Shown here: positions 1 to 11,559 of the stretch, one piece after another
Layout of the letters: each line of letters begins with the position of its first letter
How positions within the stretch are numbered: the stretch's first letter is position 1
Assembly: GCA_051294905.1 (NCBI GenBank)
Contig: CM119371.1
Coordinates: forward strand, 21,640,001-21,704,000
DNA length: 64,000 nucleotides
Direction of reading: 5' to 3'
Origin: Botryllus schlosseri
Lineage: Eukaryota
Notes under the pieces: generated by a model
Seen by the model: only the letters and a program-made list of their open reading frames with translations
Database searches by the model: none
What the model was told of the DNA's origin: nothing
Made by a program: the position numbers and the translations under genes

Positions 1-2127
1 AGGGATTTAAACAGATTTAAAAGAAAAACCAAAAAGGCAAAGTATGACGCAACAATCAAAATCACAAACCATGAAATTCGCATTGTACCAATGGCAACAA
101 TAACAAACTATGAAGTATACGGACATACGGTACTATAGTAGCAGCACAATTTGTAAATAAACAATTACACGCACGGAACAACACGCACTGATGAGAAATT
201 TGTAGGTTATAGAGGAAATCTTTTTGTCTGCATAAAATAGGTTTGCTCAACTGAATAATAGTAGACTCCAACACTTTTAAATGAAACACAGACCTACCAC
301 GCGCAATGACAGTGAACATATTGTCATCATAGTGCTGTGCACAGGCAAGGTTTTCACTCAGATGCTGACCAATTGACGAAGCATATGCTTGGTAATCATC
401 ATAGCAGTCTGTTTTTGCAGCCAATTTGCACTGACGTGCGAGCTCCGTGCGATCATTTGCGCAAGTTTTTGACCGAATCAATTTTGGGATATGCTGCTTA
501 ATACGCTCAAACAATCTTTGAGATGTACGTCCTACATACCTACTATCACAGTGGCACTTGTATTGGTAAACAACATTACTTGCATCAAAGGCAGGAAGTA
601 CATCTTTTCGAGAGTTGGGTAACAAGGGTTTCGTCGTGTACACTACATGCGTGTTAACGCTGTAATAGCAACGGTGAACAGCCGATTTAATAAGCTTTTC
701 CAAACGGCTAGACACGTTACCTAGCCAAGGTAGGTGCAAAAATGCCGGGCATTTTTTGGGTCATATTTTGGAGCTGTATCCGATTTTTTCAATACCCTAG
801 AGATGGAGCATTTTAATATGTGGTCCGGATAGCCATTTTTGGAGAGAATCAAGTGGATATCATCCAATTCGCGTGACAGTTTTTCTGGTGAGCAGAGACG
901 CAAGGCGCGATTAACGAGCGATGAAATGAGGTTTAATTTACGCCGCTTCGGGCAAAATGAATCCCAACGAATATAATGACCAGTGAAAGTAGGTTTTCTG
1001 TACACCGACGTTAAAAACGTTTGTCCTGATCTCTCTACTAAGACTTCTAAAAAGGGAAGGGCAGCATCAGTTTCCTTTTCCACGGTAAATTGTAGAGCTG
1101 GATGGAGACAGTTCAATTTTTCGAAGAAATTATTACACTCTCGCTCATTTTTAAAGGCAACAAAGGTGTCATCGACATATCTAAAATAGAGGAGAGGTTT
1201 TGCGACGTTTTCAAACAATTTCTTTTCATGGTATCCCACGAATATATCGGCCAAACTAGGTCCCAACGGTGAACCCATCGCAACACCATTGCATTGGCGG
1301 AACATCGTGTCATTGAAGCTGAATTCAACGCTACTAGTAGCAGTCTGCAACAATTCAAGAAATATTTTACGCGGTAGTTTCGGAGGTTCAAGCGTGCCAT
1401 CATAAAGCGCGTCTGCGCAGATTTCAAAAGTTTCCGACAATGGTACGTTGGTAAAAAGACTTTTCACATCAAATGAGCTAAGAAATACATTGGACGGATT
1501 TAATTTGGCGCATTTTAATTCGTCTACAAACGTGAACGAGTCGCGAACACAGTGGTGCGTATACAAGGTTCGAACTGGCTCAATGACGGTATTAAGCCAT
1601 TTGGCTAAATTATGTTGTGCCGATCCACACATAAACAATATGGGGCGAAGAGGAACGTTCTCTTTATGTGTTTTCGGCAAACCGTACATACGCGGCCGTT
1701 GCGATCCCGTTGGGCGTAGGGACTCGTACAGATTTGCAGGAAGTACTCCATCCTTCTTCAGTTTGAGAAGGCGACGCTGCAGCTTCATTTCTAACTTGCG
1801 CGTGTTGTCGTTCACATCAGCAGGACCCAGGTTGGTGAACTTGGACGAATCATGGAGAACAGATTCCTTTTTCATGTTGTAATCTGCCCGGTTCAAAATC
1901 ACAACTCCAGAGCCTTTGTCAGGTTTTGTGATGACAATTTTTTCATTTGAACGTAAATATTTGATGGTTTTAAGACAATCCTTGTTCATCAGAAAATCAC
2001 CGGCGTCAGCTGGGGTGCCACAATACGCATGTGCAAGATCACTGATTTTTGCTTTCATTGCGGAAAAACATTCCGGAGATACTGGTTTATGGTGTTGTAA
2101 TTGACCAATTAATACCTCGAAATCGGC
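1..2127 (-). mobile_element. Penelope-like retroelement (Penelope/Poseidon type), 5'-truncated left arm; 3' end lies outside the window
   Basis: ORFs 721-2058 and 62-739 encode PLE RT (TKPDKGSGVVIL, GVAMGSPLGP, YFRYVDDTF) and a C-terminal GIY-YIG (VVYQYKCHCDSRYVGRTSQRLFERIKQH). The frame continues to ~2127 (ADFEVLIGQLQHHKP). Confidence 0.95.
62..2058 (-). pseudogene. PLE RT + GIY-YIG endonuclease ORF with a 1-nt frameshift near 755
   Basis: Relative to the plus copy (KYGPEKCPAFLHLPWLG), one base is missing, which splits the ORF in two. Confidence 0.9.
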
Positions 2128-3683
2128 GTGTTCGCGACTCGTTCACGTTTGTAGACGAATTAAAATGCGCCAAATTAAATCCGTCCAATGTATTTCTTAG
2201 CTCATTTGATGTGAAAAGTCTTTTTACCAACGTACCATTGTCGGAAACTTTTGAAATCTGCGCAGACGCGCTTTATGATGGCACGCTTGAACCTCCGAAA
2301 CTACCGCGTAAAATATTTCTTGAATTGTTGCAAACTGCTACTAGTAGCGTTGAATTCAGCTTCAATGACACGATGTTCCGCCAATACAATGGTGTTGCGA
2401 TGGGTTCACCGTTGGGACCTAGTTTGCCCGATATATTCGTGGGATACCATGAAAAGAAATTGTTTGAAAACGTCGCAAAACCTCTCCTCTATTTTAGATA
2501 TGTCGATGACACCTTTGTTGCCTTTAAAAATGAGCGAGAGTGTAATAATTTCTTCGAAAAATTGAACTGTCTCCGTCCAGCTCTACAATTTACCGTGGAA
2601 AAGGAAACTGATGCTGCCCTTCCCTTTTTAGACGTCTTATTGGAGAGATCAGGACAAACGTTTTTAACGTCGGTGTACAGAAAACCTACTTTCACTGGTC
2701 ATTATATTCGTTGGGATTCATTTTGCCCGAAGCGGCGTAAATTAAACCTCATTTCATCGCTCGTTAATCGCGCCTTGCGTCTCTGCTCACCAGAAAAACT
2801 GTCACGCGAATTGGATGATATCCACTTGATTCTCTCCAAAAATGGCTATCCGGACCACATATTAAAATGCTCCATCTCTAGGGTATTGAAAAAATCGGAT
2901 ACAGCTCCAAAATATGGCCCAGAAAAATGCCCGGCATTTTTGCACCTACCTTGGCTAGGTAACGAGTCTAGCCGTTTTGAAAAGCTTATTAAATCGGCTG
3001 TTCACCGTTGCTATTACAGCGTTAATACGCATGTAGTGTACACGACGAAACCCTTGTTACCCAACTCTCGAAAAGATGTACTTCCTGCCTTTGATGCAAG
3101 TAATGTTGTTTACCAATACAAGTGCCACTGTGATATTAGGTATGTAGGACGTACATCTCAAAGATTGTTTGAGCGTATTAAGCAGCATATCCCAAAATTG
3201 ATTCGGTCAAAAACTTGCGCAAATGATCGCACGGAGCTCGCACGTCAGTGCAAATTGGCTGCAAAAACAGACTGCTATGATGATTACCAAGCATATGCTT
3301 CGTCAATTGGTCAGCATCTGAGTGAAAACCTTGCCTGTGCACAGCACTATGATGACAATATGTTCACTGTCATTGCGCGTGGTAGGTCTGTGTTTCATTT
3401 AAAAGCAGTGGTGGCTTTTGGGGTAGGCGAGGTAGGCGGTCGCCTAGGGCCCCCCTGGTTGATTTACGCGCTTTCGAGGCCCCCCTCCTCGGTTTACGCG
3501 CTTTTTCCAACTATATTTCCGGTTTACGCGCTTTTTTTCAAGTATTACCATTTTCTGAATAACCGCGGAATCCTTGTATCCATAAAGAATATGGTATTGT
3601 ACCGTAATGACAGGTCAATCATCAAATCTCATTTTTTAGTAATCATTTTACGAATAACCACAGAAATCCATGCGCCAATTTAG
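2049..3683 (+). pseudogene. Chimeric ORF: truncated PLE RT/GIY-YIG reading through into the hAT terminus
   Basis: The protein matches the minus copy up to ...RSVFHLK, then switches to TIR-derived sequence at 3406. Confidence 0.85.
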
Positions 3684-4520
3684 AATATGGTACCATAAGC
3701 AGTAGTCGATCATTAAATTTCTGCGCTAGTTGCAAGAGCTCACTTTGATTTGATGATCTCTATCTATTTTGCCATTAGCTAAAAGGCCCCCCTCCTACGT
3801 TTACGCAAATGTTATCATTTTGCAAATAACTGTGAAAATACATGTACCCATGTAGTATGTAATACCGCACACAGAAGTCAATCATTAAATTACTGCACCT
3901 GCTAAAAACTTACTTTGATTTTATGAGGGGGGCCCCTTCTTCATTTACGCGATTTTTGGTTATCATTTTACGAATAACCGTAAAAATACATGTACCCATG
4001 TAGCATATGGTACCGTAAACAGTAGTCGATCATTGAATTTCTGCATCCGCTTAAAGAGCTTACTTCGATTTTATGAGCCCCCCCCCCTACATTTATGCGA
4101 ATTTTAGTTATCATTTTGCGAATAACCGTGAAAATGTATGTACCGATGTAGAATATGGTACCGTAAACCGTCGATCATTAAATTTCTGCATCTGCTAAAA
4201 GAGCTTACTTTGATTTTATGAGCCCCCCCTTATATTTATGCGAATTTTAGTTGTCATTTTACGAGTAACCGTGAAAATATATGTACCCATGTAGAATATG
4301 GTACCTAAACAGTAGTCGATCATTAAATTTCTGCACCTGCTAATAGAGCTTACTTTGATTTTATGAGCCCCCCCCCTCCATTTATGCCAATTTTAGTTTA
4401 TCATTTTGCGAATAACTGTGAAAATACATGTAGGCCTACCCATGTAGAATATTGTCTTGTAAACGGTGTTCGATAATTGAATTTCTGTGCTTGTTAAAAG
4501 AGCCTACTTCGATTTTATGT
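3540..4520. repeat. Tandem repeat, ~147-bp unit, about 6-7 copies, inside the hAT
   Basis: ttatcattttRcgaataac recurs near 3640, 3811, 3960, 4108, 4250 and 4398. Confidence 0.9.
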
Positions 4521-6357
4521 TAATGAGGTCATATTGTAACATGGAATGAATTATTATTGAGTATATATTTCCTAGTGGCAGCAGTGTATATTTCAGTGCA
4601 TCAAAATTTTCCAGTATAAGTTTGTGAGATTCTACTTGCTAGCTCTTGATGCCAGCTTTCATATGATACCGTATGTTAATTGATAATGAACCGTGTCCAC
4701 ACTGAGCCTGAATATCCAAAATATCAAAGGAAATAGTCATTTGAAAGCCAATGAAAGCATAGGCTATTATAGCCTATATATTGTTGTTTACTGAGCCATT
4801 CTCTTGACTCAACATATAAGTTGTGAATTGGGCCTTTTCTGAATGGAAATCCATTCTCAGGGTTGTCATGATGGTAAATTTGTTCATTTCTTGTCTGCGG
4901 ATTAGCAGCGTATTTTCAAAGCTTTACCATGCTCAATGTGCACCCGGTACAGTCAGTCAGAAAGTGTTTATGGTGTTGTCAGAAAGTGTTTTTTTTTTAT
5001 CACAGGTGGATGTCTTTTAATTGGTGGTGTACTATAGATAGATATGCAATACCTCTAGCATGCAGGAAAGTTTCTAGCGGCCTGATGCCTGATATTTTAT
5101 GCCTCAGAAATCTATGTCGATACTTGAAAGGTTTGAATGGCTATCATCGAGAAAGGTGTACGAAAGGCTACATATATTCAATTTGTTGTGACGTTGATAA
5201 TTTAATGTGATGTCACAGAAAAAGACCAAAATGTGACCAAACAATTAGCAATGGAATCAATTTCAGCAGGGCAGAGGAAAGAATTAAATGATCACAAGGC
5301 AAGTTTTTGCAACTATTTTTACTGCTTCTGGCAGCTTCCTAAATACTCGGAAGTTATGTATTATGGTGTTTTAAGCTGTTTCGAGGAATCTTATATTGCG
5401 ACTTTTCTTCATTTTTTCAAGCAACTTCTTGCAGCTTTTCGATTTTTCATTTAACTCACTTTTTACTGGAAATATTTGGTACTTTATGTAAATAGATCGC
5501 TTGATTATCATCACTGTCGTTTAAATTTGAGGTCATTTCTCAGTTGACATACATTCAGGCTAGACCGCCGTAAATTATATTAGCCTACTACTGGGTCGAT
5601 TTTTTCAGGCTATTGATTTTGTTGAAGGCACCAACACTGAGTTTTGCGACAGTGCCTTGGATATGCATCGATTCGAGTATCTCATACCTTAATAATGTCA
5701 AGAAACTTATCCATAAATGTACTTTTTTAGTGTAACTTTAGTGAAAAATAAATGAAAAATAAATGCAACTTTTTACTTCAACTTTTATGAAAAATATGTG
5801 CAACTTTCCACGGATTTGACTGCAACCAAAATTTGCCCTAAGATCAGGTGTTGCATAAGACAATTTTGACCATTACACTCTTGAAATGGGCTACCAGTTC
5901 AATATAAATGTGACTCGGTAAACAGCATATTTAGTAAGGCGCACTCGTCAGTTGACAACCGTACCTTTCATTAGCTACGATGAGTTTGGTATCACTCGGT
6001 TATATGTTATGTTGTAATTGGTAGCATCAGTATCTCCTAATTACTGCAGTCAAGTATCTGTTACAATGCCGCGAGTACATGCTAAATGTAAGTCAGGATC
6101 TCAGAAAAGGAAGTGGTTCAGATTTGGAAAGAAAGTGACAATGCAAATTTTGAACTGCGACACAAATATTTAACCATCTATTTCAGCTCAGGAATGTTCT
6201 GCACAAATTGAGGATGATGCTGTTTTTCCACCAACTATATTGCCTTGTAGACTTGAATGATGTAACAGTGCTTTCAAATACGTATATTGTATTTGATTGT
6301 ATTGGTCTTTTTTTTTGTCTTTGGCGTTTTAGGTTTAATCCAACCAGGCAAGTTCTT

Positions 6358-6679
6358 ACAGACAAAAATTTTTTTTCTATAACTTACAATTTTTTCATTA
6401 GTGCGTGTTGTTTCGTGTGTGTAGCTGTTTATTTACAAATTGCGCTGCTACTATAGTACCGTATGTCCGTATACTTCAAAGTTTGTTGTTGTTGTCATTG
6501 TTACAATGCGAATATCATGGTTTGTGATTTTGATTGTTGCGTCATACTTTGCCGTTTTGATTTTGCTTTCAAATCTATTTAAATCCCTTAGGTGTGCAGT
6601 TAACTCTTGAAGAGAGGCACCCAAAAATTATCCGAGTTCAATAAATATTATATTACAATGGATGTTGTATTGAAAGCTA
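6358..6679 (+). mobile_element. Diverged solo 3' end (pLTR) of a related PLE
   Basis: Collinear with 9930-10249 but with many substitutions. Confidence 0.85.
6602..6638 (+). ncRNA. Degenerate minimal hammerhead ribozyme in the PLE pLTR
   Basis: aactc-TTGAAGA-gaggcaccc-AAAA-attat-CC-gagtt; GAAA and the UH site are mutated. Confidence 0.55.
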
Positions 6680-8376
6680 TATTCTTATAGATCATGGAAC
6701 TAGCTCTTCACAGGTGATACCAGTACTGATGTGTTCCTGTGGTATTACTGGTGTTGTACCACATTGCCGCACATTTTGCTTTTATGCCTTATCATGTAAC
6801 AAAATCTTCTTTGTAGCAAAAAGATAGGCCCAATCCAGCACCTGGCTGAAACCTTGACGTGGTGTGCTGGCTTATTACTAATGTCAGCCGACAGCTTTCT
6901 GGATTTATGTGGTATATTTGGCGTGCAGTTGCCTTGTTATACTATTATGTCATGCTACATCCCATAATTCTTCTACATAGGTGGGTCTGGGCACGCGCTG
7001 TAGTTCACTTGAGTCACTTGTTTTCGAATATACCAAGTCGTTTATTGTACTGTGGCATGACATTATAATTATTTTATATGCTGAAAGTCTAAGAAAAATC
7101 TCGTAATACAACCATCTAATAAAGAGAAGGTCATAAACTATAGGATATCAAAGGATGGATATATCTTCGGCCTAAAAAGATTTAAAAGAGGAATGCTAAG
7201 AATGATTAAAAGAAAAACTGAGGTGTATAAATGCAAATTTTGTAGAATAAAAGACGAGACAGTGGAGCACGTTTTCGCTAACTGCAGAGTAACAAGAGGA
7301 GTACTGAAGAATATAGAAAAGGCCCTCCAATTGGGGCATACGAACAGAGAAGTGATACTTCACAATAAGCTGAATGAAGACAGTGTAAAATTGACGCTGA
7401 TATCGATATTCAAGCGTACGGTGCTGCGATATAAACAGCACCTAGACATATCGAACGCATACCTGTCAGACGAAAAAGCGTGGAGGAAGAACACGGCGGA
7501 AGTCATCCTGATGAAAATTTTGCAGAGAATCAAACTGCAAAAAGAAAGTCTCATAAATCAGAGCATAAAAAACTGGACGAAAAAAATTCAAACATTCTTA
7601 TCCGAAGAAAGAAGAAACGATGGGGCAGAAAACGACAATAACGACGATGACGAAAGAAGGAAAGACTAAAGACGAAAGTAAGGATGATGAATACCAACGG
7701 ACGAAGGATGATGGACGAAACGGAAAAGAACGCGGCGAAATATGAATGTGTATGTGAGAGTCACTGGCGTAGCAGCATGTGCTGCCGCCCCTGGCTCTCT
7801 TGAAAATGCCGCCCCCCTAGGTAGACCGCATCAAATTTCGACATAGATTGATGTTCAAGTAATCTTGTCAATAGGAATAATTACAAATAATATGCCGCTT
7901 CTCAGCCTCACCGTCTCGACGTTAATGACGCCAAAAATAATAAGAACAAGAAATAGCGAACGAATGTATTGTACAAATAGAAAATCAATGGCCGCCTCAA
8001 AGCAAAAGCAGCGATAATATCCTCAAATTCAAGTTTTTGAACGTAGTCTCTTTCTATAGACAGAATGGATGGAGCTGATAGCCGATCATTATTCATGATA
8101 GAACTAAATATATAAGACTTAATCAGTTTGAGCTTTGAGAAGCTCCTCACACAGCTCGCAGTTGAAACACCAATGTTCAGATAAAGTTTCAGACACGAGC
8201 ATAAATACGGTGTCGAACCAAGTAGCTTTGCATTAAACAACCACTGTAAAACATCAAACGTTGTTGCACTACGATCAAACGTGGTTTCACTGCTCCGCAC
8301 CAGCCTCTTAACCCTGTTAAAATCTCAAGTTGAACAACTTCATATGATTATAACTTAATTTGTGTTCGTCCTAGAG

Positions 8377-8698
8377 CAGTGGTTCGCAACTTTTTTTTAG
8401 ACACGCCTCCCTTTAGGATAGTGAAAAATTCCGCGCCCTCGTACCGTCATATTACAAGATCCAACCGGGATGCTAGCAACCCTAACAGATTGTTTGATGG
8501 CATGGAAGGTTATGACTGTTGATGAGAGAATTCAAAAATAAGAAACTGGGTCTATATATAGAGAAACACGCGTGAATTGCAGGTAAATCGCGCATAGCGC
8601 GAAAAAAATTCATTTGACCGATTCATCGCGCCCCCTTAAGATGCTTTCAAGCCTCCCCCCCCCCAACGGGGGCGCGCGCCCCAGGTTGAGAACCCCTG
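8377..8698. mobile_element. hAT-Charlie-type MITE
   Basis: TIR cagtggttcgcaac/gttgagaacccctg; TSD tcctagag (8369-8376, 8699-8706); same family as 40997-41297. Confidence 0.88.
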
Positions 8699-9237
8699 TC
8701 CTAGAGGCCTCATATTGGTTTGTACGAAAAGCTAGCAATCTTCTGCTTTATATGATCCCTAATTCGAGGTATAAGGCATGACAATTTTCGCAGCTAACTC
8801 CAAATAGTCCACCTCGTCGTCATAAGTGCTTCTAAAAGCGCTGGTGAATAAATTGTGACTTTCGCTTTGCAGCAGCGCGTGGGAATTCAAAAATCCAAAT
8901 ATATCATTTAAGTGGTGAATGCCGGTAAACCTAGTTTCAGCTTGAAGTTTAAATCTGTCCTATGCTTGAAACATGCATCGTCTAAATTTTTCAACAACAC
9001 TGAGGCCAGCATCTTTTGTTAGTTCGCCAGACATTCTCCTTTTTCTGCGAACTCTCCGAACAATCGGCCGTGACGGCTATTTCGGAGTGATTCCATCGCC
9101 ATGTTAACATATTAATTCGTGTTTTCGGAATCAGCGCGACACTAGCTTTCGATTGAGACCTGTTTGATTAAATTTTAGCTGACGGGACGCCAGCTATAGG
9201 ACTACCAAGCACTCTTATTTTAGCCGGCTGTCTACAC

Positions 9238-9450
9238 GCCGCGCGAGATAGTGTAATGGTGATTGGTGATGCGTCCGGCTTCTTGATCGGTAGGTTGTGG
9301 GCCCGATCCCCGGCCGGGTCAGACCGAAGACTCGAAAACTGGTATCCGCGGTTATCCCGCTAGACGCCCAGCAATCACGGAGGAGAAAAAAAAACGGGGT
9401 GCAGACTAGATGACCTTACTATAAAGTCCTTATCGCATCTCCGTCTTCAA
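9238..9450 (+). mobile_element. Degenerate tRNA-derived SINE
   Basis: A-box-like tagtgtaatgg and B-box-like gcccgatccc, followed by a central domain gggtcagaccgaagactcgaaaactggtat. Confidence 0.55.
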
Positions 9451-10172
9451 ACCATCACGATGATGCAGGCATCTCTCTCACTGTGCAGCCTCATTTTGCC
9501 GCCCCCTTGGAGCCTGCGGCCCCTGGCGCAGAGCCAGAACCGCCAGGTGGCTGCTACGCCACTGGTGAGAGTGTGTGCATTGTGTTTGCATATTTCATGT
9601 GTGTGAATGAGAGTGCGCGCGATAAAATATAAATGGAAATTATATGTATTGAAATTATTAAAGCAATAAATATGTTGGCGGACAGCCAAAAGAAAAAAAA
9701 ATGAAAGTTTCAACATGATGTACAGACAAAGCACTACCAGAACAGTGTATACGTGGTGTAGAACAATGAAGGTATCGATAAGCGCTAGTGAGGGGGGTCC
9801 AGAAGTTTCGATAATATAGATAAGGAGGGCCCCCCCGGAAGTTTCGCCTAGGGCCCCCCCAATCGTAAGGCCACCACTGTTTAAAAGTGTTGGAGTCTAC
9901 TATTATTCAGTTGAGCAAACCTATTTTATGCAGACAAAAAGATTTCCTCTATAACCAACAAATTTCTCATTAGTGCGTGTTGTTCCGTGCGTGTAATTGT
10001 TTATTTACAAATTGTGCTGCTACTATAGTACCGTATGTCCGTATACTTCATAGTTTGTTATTGTTGCCATTGGTACAATGCGAATTTCATGGTTTGTGAT
10101 TTTGATTGTTGCGTCATACTTTGCCTTTTTGGTTTTTCTTTTAAATCTGTTTAAATCCCTTTAGTGTGCCGA

Positions 10173-10211
10173 TAACTCTTGAAAAGAGGCACCCGAAAAG
10201 TCTTCGAGTTA
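10173..10211 (+). ncRNA. Minimal type I hammerhead ribozyme (U3-A8 variant) at the PLE 3' end
   Basis: Stem I taactc/gagtta; core TTGAAAA (10179-85); G-aggcacc-C; GAAA (10195-98); near-palindromic stem III aagtctt; cleavage predicted after C10205; AATAAA follows. Confidence 0.8.
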
Positions 10212-11374
10212 ATAAATATTATTCTACAATGGATATTGTATTGATAACTTAGCATTGATGATCAGTAATTTCCGTGACCCAATCTTGGTCTAAATGAATT
10301 ATGTTTGGCTAGGTGAGAACGAGAATGTTATGCTCATTATATAAGAATTTTCCCCTAAAATATCGTAGGATAAAGCCATACAATGAAACAAAGAATAATT
10401 CGAAACGAGGTGGACGATTCTATATAAATGGAACACCCAAATTGACGGAAAAATACATTAAAAAATAGGATGCAAGCTAAATGAAACAGAAAATACATAT
10501 ACATGAAAAGCTAGAAGCAATGAAGGACGTCGCCGTATCAAAATTGCGATCCTTTAATCTCAAAACGGCAGCAACTTGCAACCGGTAAGTATGGATTTGA
10601 ATAATAAATTTTGTTGTTGATATGTTGAGATAGACCTGAATAATTCGACTGACACTCATCAGTAGGGCGATTTTTTTTTGACATGTCAAAAAATGTCAAA
10701 ATTAGGTCAAAATTGTAGCGTTAGGTCAAAATTTGTCAAAATTGTTCACAAAGTCAAACATTTTTTAACCTCTGAATTTCGTTTGTATCGTAGATTTTGC
10801 GCTGTCGGTGAACTTATCACTTGATATTTTACAGCTTGTAGTCTACTTTATAAGCCTGCAGTTGTAAACGACCCATCGTCTGCTCATTGTGAATCATAAA
10901 CGATCATATGAAACAAATAGTGACATGGTTTTATGGTCAACGTACCGCAAACCGCAATATCCTAACTGAAGCAAGACTGCTTGGACATTGCATGATTCTT
11001 ATATCAAGAAGCGCAAGCTGAAAAATTGTGATATAGACAACATTGTCAGAATGAAGCAACACGGTGTGTCACCAGCAGTGGTACACACAACTTCAGTGTT
11101 GTCAGCCAACAACCACTGCTGTTTAACGTTCTTTCTCCATTCTTGGCAAGCTACCCAGTAAGGACAAACACTTTCTACCCGAGAATATAGGAAAGTAAGC
11201 TATCTTTCGTTCGTTGTACTACAACAAATTTCAATTATTTCCACCATAATACGTAATGTAACTACTGGAATTCTTCATAGGGCCAGATTTCGTTAAAATA
11301 CTAGTTTCTTCATGGGCTTCTTGAAGGTACGGAACTTCAATATACAATTGAATAGTATATTCACATTGAAATGA

Positions 11375-11408
11375 ACGCGAATATTTTCGGCTGACACACG
11401 TCAGGGGT
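11375..11408 (-). ncRNA. Hammerhead ribozyme copy with a core mutation
   Basis: Minus strand reads accc-CTGACGT-gtgtcagcc-GAAA-atat-TC-gcgt. Confidence 0.65.
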
Positions 11409-11525
11409 AATCGTCAGCAACTAGTAGAGAATTGGAAAGAACATGGTATATCAACAATCGTATCACAAAATATGACGTGTTGATATAACATGTTCTTCCC
11501 AATTCTCTACTAGTTGCTGACGATT

Positions 11526-11559
11526 ACCCCTGACGAGTGTCAGCCGAAAATATTCGGGT
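11526..11559 (+). ncRNA. Minimal type I hammerhead ribozyme, intact core
   Basis: accc-CTGACGA-G-tgtcagc-C-GAAA-atat-TC-gggt; palindromic stem III aatatt; cleavage predicted after C11555. Confidence 0.88.

Larger units (their letters stand above)
7762..9564 (-). mobile_element. hAT (Tip100/ZMYM1-like) deletion derivative
   Basis: TIR ca(c/g)tggcgtagcagc; TSD gtgagagt at 7754-7761 and 9565-9572; hAT dimerization remnant in ORF 7908-8300 (STASCVRSFSKLKLIKSY..NDRLS). Confidence 0.92.
7089..9701 (+). mobile_element. L1/Tx1-type LINE 3' fragment, interrupted at 7762-9572
   Basis: ORF 7193-7669 has a zf-RVT-like CKFC..ETVEHVFANC motif; AATAAA and an A-rich tail at ~9665-9701; possible TSD tgaaagt (7082-7088 / 9702-9708). 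Confidence 0.65.
3406..9879 (+). mobile_element. Composite non-autonomous hAT transposon (6.5 kb)
   Basis: TIR cagtggtggc(c/t)tt; perfect 8-bp TSD tttaaaag at 3398-3405 and 9880-9887; subterminal cgcctagggcccccc at both ends; possible transposase N-terminus MPRVHAKCKSGSQKRK at 6066. Confidence 0.92.
2128..10249 (+). mobile_element. Penelope-like retroelement, right arm (2128-3405 + 9888-10249), interrupted by a hAT insertion
   Basis: 2128-3405 and 9888-10160 are the near-exact reverse complement of 1-1550. The 3' end is placed where similarity to the 6358-6679 copy stops. Confidence 0.95.

Noticed and set aside
2049..3683. 544-aa ORF as a novel RT fusion protein
   Set aside because: The N-terminus is antisense read-through of the left PLE arm and the C-terminus is hAT terminal DNA.
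4823..7068. Short ORFs here and the other 60-150 aa ORFs across the window as genes
   Set aside because: No recognisable motifs; many are antisense to TE ORFs or span TE junctions.
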